The position numbers and the translations under genes were made by a program. Source: a virus. From it: a DNA stretch of 64,000 nt. The notes under the pieces were generated by a model, which worked only from the letters and a program-made list of their open reading frames with translations, was not told the origin of the DNA and ran no database searches. The stretch spans positions 96,001 to 160,000 of the IMG/VR virus record IMGVR_UViG_3300032294_003343; one strand, 5' to 3'. The first letter of the stretch is position 1; every line of letters begins with the position of its first letter. Shown piece by piece: positions 48,504 to 56,153 of the stretch.

Positions 48504-49037
48504 TTAGTACCAAGTTTGATTGGAAGGTTTGTTTCCGAAAAGAATAGGATCTTGTTTGCCTTTAAGTGCTTGATAGTATCCTTCACCATTCTTAAAATGT
48601 TGAAAACTATTACCTCTTTCTGTTGAAGCCATACTTTGAGGATCTCTATTGTTATTTTGTTGTCTAGATCCTTCTAATTGATCTTCAATAGTAGTATTTT
48701 CTGGCGCTTCATGATAAGGTGAATGTCTACGAGCTTCATTTGCTGCTGATTGTGGAGACTTGATAAAGTTTCCAGTATTATCCATAGTCATTCTATGAGG
48801 TCTTTCAACAAGTAAATCCCAAATTTCTTTTTGTTGCACTTGATTCATACTGTAATATTCATCAAGAGTTTTGCCCATTTTTTCAAGAATGCCTGATAAT
48901 TCGTCATATAATCCAGCAGGTTGATTATCTACATCTCTAATCTTATCAATCTCAGAAGGATTTTTAGTGTCAAATTTCTCTATTCCCTCTAAATTGACTC
49001 CACCACCAATTTGAGATAAAACTTGCTTATACCACAT
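48504..49037 (-). CDS. Hypothetical head-associated protein (starts MWYKQVLSQ)
   Basis: Likely start at ATG 49037, overlapping the upstream gene end. Carries an IEDQLE motif. Confidence 0.6.
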   Translation of the reverse strand: MWYKQVLSQIGGGVNLEGIEKFDTKNPSEIDKIRDVDNQPAGLYDELSGILEKMGKTLDEYYSMNQVQQKEIWDLLVERPHRMTMDNTGNFIKSPQSAANEARRHSPYHEAPENTTIEDQLEGSRQQNNNRDPQSMASTERGNSFQHFKNGEGYYQALKGKQDPILFGNKPSNQTWY

Positions 49038-50688
49038 CGTCGTATTCTTCTCTTTTAGATTCCATGACATAATCTAAACCAAGTTCTTCTGCAAATACTT
49101 TGAGATCATCTTCAGAGAATTGATGACCAAAACTATCTTCATCATCTTCGTCTAATAAAGCTTCGATATTTTTGGTTATTTTTGTGTGATGTCTTTTATC
49201 TTTCAATTGCTCTTCTTGAGAAACATCAACAATATTTTTTCTTCTTGTTTCGCTAAGAAGTTGTTCTTGATTCATTTCTTTTTTAGAAGCAGTGATATTT
49301 TTGTCTAGTTGATGAATAATAGATTCTTTTGGCTCATCTTTATCTTTGTTTAATTCATCTCTATAATTGATTGGATCTTTACCGTTCACATTCAATTGAT
49401 CAGCATAAGATTCTTCCATTTCACCACGATGATTGTAAAGTCCATCAGATTCTAATTGAGTTTCTCTAACTTCATCTGTCACAGATTCTTTATTGTTCAA
49501 TCTTCTAAGAAGCATTTCAAGATAATCTGTGCCTTTTTGATCTTTTCTTGGTAATTGTGAATCTATAGTTTTGCTTGAATCAGTTTGAGCTTGTTTTGGG
49601 CGCATAACTGGCTTTTCGCCTTGTTGATGTCCATAGCTTGATTGTTTTGCATCAGATAGTTGTTTCTCTCTAGAATCATCAACATTTTGCTTGCCTCTGA
49701 TTTTATTAGCACCTCTATCTGAATTGTCAAATCTAGCTTCAAATCCAATTTCACCTTCAGTAAGTTTTTTGGATCTTTCGCCCTCTTTAAGTTCAAGAGC
49801 ATTTGCTTCATTGTCAGGATGTCTATGAACATCTAATCTTGCCATAACTTCGTCGTGTGATTGGAAAGCTACCTTAAGCCAATCTTGATAAGCACAAGTT
49901 ACCTGACCATTTTTATCTATTCTTGAGTCAATGCAGTTCTCACGACACTTTGAAATTTCCATTGGAATTGGAGAACTATAACCATTGAATTTACCTTTAG
50001 GGCAAAGCAAATAAGGTTCATTTGCTTGAGTAAATAATGTTGTGTATGCTATTCTTCTGTTTTCTTTTGGTGTAACTTCTGAGTACCAGTTGTGTAAATA
50101 ATTAGCAACTTTGGTTGCTTGTAATTTATTTCCAGATAAAATAACTTTTCTAGCACTTTCAAGTTTAGAAAATCTCAATGATGTTGAAGCAAAGTTATTA
50201 AGTTTATCTAAAGCATTGATAGCTTCAATTTGCCAATAACCAGCAGATCTATCTGTAGTTTTATATGCCACTCTTTCTAATCTTGCTGCTTCATTATCTT
50301 TGTTTAAAAAGTTTTGAATTGCCATATAAGCATAACGAAGAGTATTTCTTTCTTCTGCTAACTTAATATTATTAAGTTTGCTAAATGCTTCATGCAAATG
50401 GTGATGTGCTTCTTTTTCAGGAAGTGCAATTACCTTGACAATATTCTCAGGTCCGCCCATATTTTTAAATGCTGAAATTACTGGATCATCACCAAAATCA
50501 TTCATATCTAAAACGTGGAAAGGAGAAGACATTGGCATAGAATCACCGTCTCCAAGTCCAGCAATTGTGTCTTGAAGCATACTGAGTAATCCAGTTCCGC
50601 CAATCAATGGTTTCTTTTCCATAATCTCGTGAATTTTTTTAGGATCGTGAGTCTCGTATGTTGCTTTGATTTTATATCCCTTGTCCAT
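49027..50688 (-). CDS. Hypothetical head-associated protein with Cys cluster and E-x-Q-L repeats
   Basis: 553 aa with CPK..CRENC..C and about nine E-x-Q-L-like repeats in the C-terminal third. Confidence 0.7.
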   Translation of the reverse strand: MDKGYKIKATYETHDPKKIHEIMEKKPLIGGTGLLSMLQDTIAGLGDGDSMPMSSPFHVLDMNDFGDDPVISAFKNMGGPENIVKVIALPEKEAHHHLHEAFSKLNNIKLAEERNTLRYAYMAIQNFLNKDNEAARLERVAYKTTDRSAGYWQIEAINALDKLNNFASTSLRFSKLESARKVILSGNKLQATKVANYLHNWYSEVTPKENRRIAYTTLFTQANEPYLLCPKGKFNGYSSPIPMEISKCRENCIDSRIDKNGQVTCAYQDWLKVAFQSHDEVMARLDVHRHPDNEANALELKEGERSKKLTEGEIGFEARFDNSDRGANKIRGKQNVDDSREKQLSDAKQSSYGHQQGEKPVMRPKQAQTDSSKTIDSQLPRKDQKGTDYLEMLLRRLNNKESVTDEVRETQLESDGLYNHRGEMEESYADQLNVNGKDPINYRDELNKDKDEPKESIIHQLDKNITASKKEMNQEQLLSETRRKNIVDVSQEEQLKDKRHHTKITKNIEALLDEDDEDSFGHQFSEDDLKVFAEELGLDYVMESKREEYDDVV

Positions 50689-50690
50689 AA

Positions 50691-51695
50691 TTATTTACCC
50701 AATCCTAAATTCGATAATTCTTCTTTATCAAAACCTCTATTGGTAAGTGCTGCTCTAATTTGTTTTAGCTCTTCACTAACACCTTTTTTGTCAGCAGCAT
50801 CTTTAAAATCACCCTGTTTAGTAGTTTTAGAATAATCTTGCAAATCCATAAGGAAACAAGCTCTCATAATTAATTCAGGAGTAGATCTTTTTTCGAAATT
50901 AGGTTTTGAATCATAGTTTAAGGCAGCAGTTTTGACTTTGGTATCTTTTTTAGATTCTATAGTTTCTTCAGTATCATTGATCATTTCTATAGTTTCTTCA
51001 ACATCTTTAGTTTTTCTTTCAACTTCTTCTTTGTCTTTAACTAATTTATTGAGATCAACAGTATCTGCAGTTTTTTCTGACTTTTCTGATTTTTTTGGAT
51101 TCTCGTCTTTATCTTTGCCTTGCTCTAATTTTTTATTATATTCTTTAACAATATCAACAGCACGTTCAATTGTTTCTTTATTCCAATACTTAAGCTTTGA
51201 GATGTATCTGACAATATCGTTCTTTTCGACACCGTGATCAAGCAATTTACCCACTTTACCCATTAAAACACGGAATGGATTGCCTCTAGTTTTCTTTTTC
51301 TTTTTGACCTGTGCTGTTTTGGAATTGTTGTACACGTTCTTAGCCTCGGATAAATAAGTTTGTTCAATCTTATTTGCTATATCAGAATAGCTTGGATCCA
51401 ACTCTTGAGTAATTGGATCTTTTGTTCTTGTTCTATTGTTATTTGACATAATAAGTGCTTTAGATAATTTATCTAGTTGATGTTTCAAGTTATTATCTTG
51501 CACTTTGTCTGCTATGACAGTGACTTCGTTAGAAAGTTCACCAAAGTTGTCATTAGCAGACTTGACTTTATTCATCAACTGTCTCATTTCATCTTTAGTC
51601 ACACCTTCAACACTATCGCCATTCAAGGGGATATTATTTATTCCATTAGCTGGATTTGATGCTAAGGGTGGAGCTATTTGAGACAGTTTATTCAT
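50691..51695 (-). CDS. Hypothetical head-associated protein
   Basis: 334 aa, highly charged, with GNPFRVLMG and three KTA motifs. Confidence 0.7.
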   Translation of the reverse strand: MNKLSQIAPPLASNPANGINNIPLNGDSVEGVTKDEMRQLMNKVKSANDNFGELSNEVTVIADKVQDNNLKHQLDKLSKALIMSNNNRTRTKDPITQELDPSYSDIANKIEQTYLSEAKNVYNNSKTAQVKKKKKTRGNPFRVLMGKVGKLLDHGVEKNDIVRYISKLKYWNKETIERAVDIVKEYNKKLEQGKDKDENPKKSEKSEKTADTVDLNKLVKDKEEVERKTKDVEETIEMINDTEETIESKKDTKVKTAALNYDSKPNFEKRSTPELIMRACFLMDLQDYSKTTKQGDFKDAADKKGVSEELKQIRAALTNRGFDKEELSNLGLGK

Positions 51696-52510
51696 TAGTC
51701 AATATCATCAAAGTTGATGTCAATACTATTATAAATTTCATTGACAGTTTTTGCTCTTGATTGAGCCTTGTTATTCATATCGCTTTGAATATTCTTCTTA
51801 ATTGCCATTCTTTCGTTTCTATTCTTCTCTTGATTGGCAATTCTCATTGATTCACGATTGTCCAGAGCAGATGGATCAATCATTCCGAATGTTGAATTAA
51901 ATTCATTGTCTGAAGATGTTCTTAAGATAGAATGTGCTCTTGAAGAAACTACAGAAGATTGTCTCAAGTTATTAATTTGACTTTCTTCCCAAGCCTTATG
52001 GCGAGTTGCTTTTGCTTCTCTAGCTCTTTGATTCTCAACGATAGATTGTTCACTGGTAGAAGCTTGTGAATTTAAAAATTCTTCTGAAATTGAAATCATA
52101 TCTGGATTAAAAATAGATGCTGATCTAGAAAGCATAGCATTCATATATTCGTCAGCTGAAAATGCTTTTAAACCACTAGTTGTAGTTCTTGCAGTCTCAC
52201 CTTGGTCAAATTGTGAACCAGCTCTTCTAATAGCACCAAAATCTTGTGAGAGAATTCTATCTTCAAGTGTGGTGTCTCTTAAGTCTTGGTAAGTTGATGC
52301 ACCTTGGATCTTCTCCCAAGATTTATTAATTGTGTTTGCTTCTTTTGTGAAACCAATATTTTGTTTAGAAATTGATTGTCTATTTGCAGTTGAATTTCTC
52401 TTTAACTCAGCGTAAGGATCTTCTTCAACTTCAACTTGAGCGCCAATAAATCTCTTTTCCAAAAATGATGGAATATTTTCGATTTCTGATACTTTTCTAA
52501 ATCTGCTCAT
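51695..52510 (-). CDS. Hypothetical head-associated protein
   Basis: 271-aa ORF with an AGGA RBS and a TAATG overlap with the next gene. Confidence 0.7.
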   Translation of the reverse strand: MSRFRKVSEIENIPSFLEKRFIGAQVEVEEDPYAELKRNSTANRQSISKQNIGFTKEANTINKSWEKIQGASTYQDLRDTTLEDRILSQDFGAIRRAGSQFDQGETARTTTSGLKAFSADEYMNAMLSRSASIFNPDMISISEEFLNSQASTSEQSIVENQRAREAKATRHKAWEESQINNLRQSSVVSSRAHSILRTSSDNEFNSTFGMIDPSALDNRESMRIANQEKNRNERMAIKKNIQSDMNNKAQSRAKTVNEIYNSIDINFDDID

Positions 52511-52534
52511 GTTTATATTTCCTGCTCTTACTTT

Positions 52535-52576
52535 TCAAGAATGTCCCAGGGCTGAGCCCTGGGACTATCATCTTGA
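52535..52576. other. GC-rich intergenic hairpin without an adjacent U tract
   Basis: tcaaga-at-gtcccagggc-tga-gccctgggac-tatca-tcttga. Confidence 0.7.
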
Positions 52577-52589
52577 GGAGTGTAATTTT

Positions 52590-53669
52590 TTACTTGTCGT
52601 ATTTCTTGGTGAAGAGTGCATCAATCCACTCTTGATCACCATAACCGAGTTCATTCTTCCAGTAATCAATAATTCTGGAATAGTCTGCATCTGAGAGAGT
52701 TGCAACTTTGATCATTGAAGATGCTGCAGCAACCTTTACATTAGTTTCGAGGCCAGATGCAAGGACATTCTTGATATCGGACAACTTGTCAACTGCAGGA
52801 GCTGATGTTTCGCCTAATCTAGCATTTACATACTCAATTGGGAAACCTTCCGCAATTGCCTTTGCAGCAAATGCTCTTCTTGCAGCAGATGAGAATGCTT
52901 TAACTTCCTTCATTTCTGAATCTTTTTCGCATTCACATTTTTTACCAGCATAAACTCCGCCACACTTTTCGCAAGATTTGTCCATAGCTGCTTCTTTTTC
53001 GTCTTCCATCTTTGCAGCAACTTTTTGAACCAATGCTTCTCTGTAAGCTCTTCTTTGTGCAAGCTTTAAATTGGTTTCTTGTTGCGCTTGAACTTGGCGC
53101 TCAATTTTGCCAGCTAAGCGAACTCTTCTCTCATGGCGAGCAGCAAGAATTGCATTCTTAAGATCTTCATCACCAGCAGCAATTGCAGCTTCTACTGCTT
53201 CAGCTGATAATTGTGATGCATGATTGAAATGAAAAGCTTTCTTTTCAGTCTTGGACTTAGGACCTTTTCTCTTCATAGGGCCTTTGCCTTCCATTTCTTC
53301 TTCATCTTCATGATCTTCATCTTCATGATCTTCATCTTCATGATCGTCATCAGACTCGGATTTCTTACCCTTGCCATTCTCTTCCATCCACTTCTTCAAG
53401 CCTTCTGGAAGACCTTTCTTGGCTTCTTTCATATAACCTGATTTGTGATCCATACCAGCTTCATCATGATCATCATGATCTTCGCCTTGTAATCTATCCA
53501 CTTCTTCATCGCCAATAGCATCAATAAGAGCTTTGAGACCCTTGTTCTCTTTTGGCTCTTTTGCTTCGGCTAATCTTTGGTTAAAGTTGTCCCAGTCAAT
53601 TCCTTGGAAAACCAAGTCAGAATCAAGAGGATCTTCTTGAAATCTGTTTGGGAAAATTCTATCTGCCAT
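52590..53669 (-). CDS. Hypothetical head-associated (scaffold/internal) protein
   Basis: 359 aa with a GAGGAG RBS, acidic/His tracts, CEKC..CEC and many [KR]-x-A motifs. Confidence 0.7.
   Translation of the reverse strand: MADRIFPNRFQEDPLDSDLVFQGIDWDNFNQRLAEAKEPKENKGLKALIDAIGDEEVDRLQGEDHDDHDEAGMDHKSGYMKEAKKGLPEGLKKWMEENGKGKKSESDDDHEDEDHEDEDHEDEEEMEGKGPMKRKGPKSKTEKKAFHFNHASQLSAEAVEAAIAAGDEDLKNAILAARHERRVRLAGKIERQVQAQQETNLKLAQRRAYREALVQKVAAKMEDEKEAAMDKSCEKCGGVYAGKKCECEKDSEMKEVKAFSSAARRAFAAKAIAEGFPIEYVNARLGETSAPAVDKLSDIKNVLASGLETNVKVAAASSMIKVATLSDADYSRIIDYWKNELGYGDQEWIDALFTKKYDK
53301..53345. repeat. 3 x 15-bp tandem repeat encoding (DHEDE)3
   Basis: ttcatcttcatgatc occurs three times in tandem. 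Confidence 0.9.
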
Positions 53670-53709
53670 AATTAATTTTTCTCCTCAAGAAAAAATACAT
53701 TAAGAAAAT

Positions 53710-53736
53710 TTCTAATTTTAATGCTCAAATTCCTTT
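53710..53736 (-). promoter_or_regulatory. Putative late promoter AAAGG-N17-TAGAA
   Basis: Exact motif upstream of 52590-53669. Confidence 0.6.
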
Positions 53737-53747
53737 AATGCATCCAT

Positions 53748-54128
53748 TTATGTTTTTTTACTGAAAATTACTTTCTTGCCCTTCAAAAACAATTTATCTC
53801 CAACACCGATGCCTAATTTTTTGAACAATCCTTTCTTTGCTTCTACAACAAATACAACATTGTTCGAATCTGGAGATACAGATTTAGGGTCGTCTGCTTC
53901 CATATCCTTAATATCCACAATCTTATAATTTTTATCTAAAAAAGCTAAAGATAATGGAAAAGAAACATTCTTATTCCAAAATGAATAGCAATCAGGATAA
54001 TCAAAAGTAAAAAAAACTACTTCGTAATCATCTAAAGGCTCAGCATTCATTAAGCCTTTAGTGCGTAATTTATCTGAATCTGCTACAAATCTGACATCGA
54101 ATTCATCACGGAATTCTTTACTAGCGAG
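53748..54128 (-). CDS. DUF192-family domain; its N-terminal part lies upstream of the first ATG (54050) and is in frame with the preceding gene
   Basis: FVADSDKLRTKGLM..VVFFTF..SFWNKNVSFPLSLAFLD..FVVEAKKG..IGVGD matches the DUF192 pattern. Confidence 0.7.
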   Translation of the reverse strand, partial: LASKEFRDEFDVRFVADSDKLRTKGLMNAEPLDDYEVVFFTFDYPDCYSFWNKNVSFPLSLAFLDKNYKIVDIKDMEADDPKSVSPDSNNVVFVVEAKKGLFKKLGIGVGDKLFLKGKKVIFSKKT

Positions 54129-54620
54129 TCAAGAACCAACTTTCTTAAATTTATTTGTAGATGCTTTTACGCTTCTAGCTTCTTCAAGATCAAATCTATC
54201 TTTGGTTCTTTGCTTTCTAAATTCATTAACATTATCAGTGCTCAAATAATGGTCACGTAATGCTAATTTTGCTCTTTCAGTAAGTTCTACAGATCTTCCA
54301 TATCCAGTGAGTAATCCTGCTGTTTTAAGAGCTAAAAGATCATTATCAGAAATTTCTGTTGGTACACCACAAATTTTGCTGTCTTTATGTAAAGCAACAT
54401 AGCTAGCTGCAGTAACTAAAGCATCGGTGTTAGCATCAATTGACTTGAGCATACCAAGATATTTTTCGCTTAATTTAGCTGCTTCAATTTTCTTTGGAGC
54501 TTGTGAAACACCAAGAAGTTGAATTTGGATATCTGAAAGTCCAAGACCTTCCATTGATGGTCCGTCAAATAATTCTGCGTGTAAATCTAAAGAATGAACT
54601 GGTTTAATTGGTATAGGCAT
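54129..54620 (-). CDS. Hypothetical protein (possible winged-helix), ending in a TGA in frame with the DUF192 domain
   Basis: 163 aa with LLALKTAGLLTG..VELTERAK and an AAGGA RBS. Confidence 0.65.
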   Translation of the reverse strand: MPIPIKPVHSLDLHAELFDGPSMEGLGLSDIQIQLLGVSQAPKKIEAAKLSEKYLGMLKSIDANTDALVTAASYVALHKDSKICGVPTEISDNDLLALKTAGLLTGYGRSVELTERAKLALRDHYLSTDNVNEFRKQRTKDRFDLEEARSVKASTNKFKKVGS

Positions 54621-54631
54621 AATTTAATTCC

Positions 54632-55090
54632 TTATCTGTATGGTATTCTGTTTTTCCAAGCATTTCCTTCATCAACATTTTTCTCATATGTTTCTTCCCA
54701 GGAAAATTTATCGCACAAATCCTCACCACTATGAATTGCCATAGATGGACTAGAAGCTGGGTTGCCCGGATCGACGTAAGCTGGTCCAGGTACATTGTCA
54801 GGACCATGTAATTGTCCTTCAATATTTTGACCATCGGCTTCACCACCTAAGTCTCTGTATTCTGGAACTCTTTTCCTCGGGTTAATTTTTTGACGCCAGA
54901 AATCGTTTTGTTTAGTTTCTTCTTCTATTTCTTCATAAGGAACTAAAGATACGTTTGGTGATTGGGTGACAGATTGTTGAGGATAATATTGAGCAATTTT
55001 TTCAAACAAAATGTCAGCCTTTGAATAATGCCCAGATTTATCTAATCTTGAGCAAACTTTGATTATTGTTTGAATTGATTTTGCATTCAT
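54632..55090 (-). CDS. Hypothetical internal head protein with leader-like N-terminus
   Basis: IIKVCSRLDKSGHYSKADILFEKIAQ N-terminus followed by low-complexity sequence. Confidence 0.65.
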   Translation of the reverse strand: MNAKSIQTIIKVCSRLDKSGHYSKADILFEKIAQYYPQQSVTQSPNVSLVPYEEIEEETKQNDFWRQKINPRKRVPEYRDLGGEADGQNIEGQLHGPDNVPGPAYVDPGNPASSPSMAIHSGEDLCDKFSWEETYEKNVDEGNAWKNRIPYR

Positions 55091-55124
55091 AATTTGTTCT
55101 TATTAAATAAAACTCAACTAACCT

Positions 55125-56117
55125 TTAAAAAGTATGACCACTAATTCCAAAAAAGGCAGAACCATCATAAACTTCTTCTGTGCCTTTATCTTCTTTATTT
55201 GTAGGATCAATATAGTCTAAATATGATGTATCTTTTTTCTTTGGATTCAATGCTTGCTCTGTAGTGATATATGGATTTGATTCTTTGGTCGCTTGTGATT
55301 GTGGGGCTATATCTTTTGGAGCGTGAACATTTGCTTTGGTATCAGGATCAGGATAAGAAAGCACAGTATCCTTCAGTTCGTATTCTTGAAATCCATCATG
55401 ATCTGGAGTATTGACAGTCATCAAGCCTTGAATATATCCATCAAATTCTTCACCATGAGTAAGAATAGGAGTCTTGCCTATTGGAGCATATGAAAATTGT
55501 TTTTCATCAAACTGATTTCTATTTTCAGGATATTCATCAGTAATTCTATTTCTTCTTCTAACTGCATAATCTTCAGCTACACGATTAATTGCTTGGTCAG
55601 AAATAGCAAAATGTAATCTTTCTGGCTTATCAGGATCTTTATACTCTTCTCTATCGTATTTATGATCTTTGTTGTATTTATGGCGTCCTTCTAAAGATTG
55701 TTCCATAGTCATCATATGTTCATCTTTTGGACGATAATGTTCTTTGATATATGCTGGGCTGTTTTTCATTAAATCAGAAGCAGCATTTTCGAGTGATTTT
55801 TTATAATTATGAAGTTGAGCTCTGAATTTTGCTCTCATTCTTTCTTCAGGTGTTAATTCATAAGGAATTAATTCTTCGTAATTTTTATGTTGAGGAGTAA
55901 GTCTCGACTCAATATTTACATCTCTTGTGTCAGGTTCAATGTGTGTTCTTCGTAACAATTTATCAAAACTTGCATCTTCATCTACATAAAGATTAATTTC
56001 GTGTCCACCCCTATTAGATCCACCACGACCTATAGGACTGCCACCAGGCTGAAATGGAGCACCATTCCCTCCACCGCCTACACCACCAAATTGAGCTGTT
56101 CTGATATTGTTAGACAT
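55125..56117 (-). CDS. Hypothetical head-associated protein
   Basis: 330 aa with an MSNNIRTAQ start, a Gly-rich segment and E-x-x-L repeats. Confidence 0.7.
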   Translation of the reverse strand: MSNNIRTAQFGGVGGGGNGAPFQPGGSPIGRGGSNRGGHEINLYVDEDASFDKLLRRTHIEPDTRDVNIESRLTPQHKNYEELIPYELTPEERMRAKFRAQLHNYKKSLENAASDLMKNSPAYIKEHYRPKDEHMMTMEQSLEGRHKYNKDHKYDREEYKDPDKPERLHFAISDQAINRVAEDYAVRRRNRITDEYPENRNQFDEKQFSYAPIGKTPILTHGEEFDGYIQGLMTVNTPDHDGFQEYELKDTVLSYPDPDTKANVHAPKDIAPQSQATKESNPYITTEQALNPKKKDTSYLDYIDPTNKEDKGTEEVYDGSAFFGISGHTF

Positions 56118-56126
56118 AATGATTTG

Positions 56127-56153
56127 TTCTTATTAATTAAAAAAATTACCTTT
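56127..56153 (-). promoter_or_regulatory. Putative late promoter AAAGG-N17-AAGAA
   Basis: Motif with conserved spacing. TAATAAGAACAAAT is repeated upstream of the next gene (55092-55105). Confidence 0.55.
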
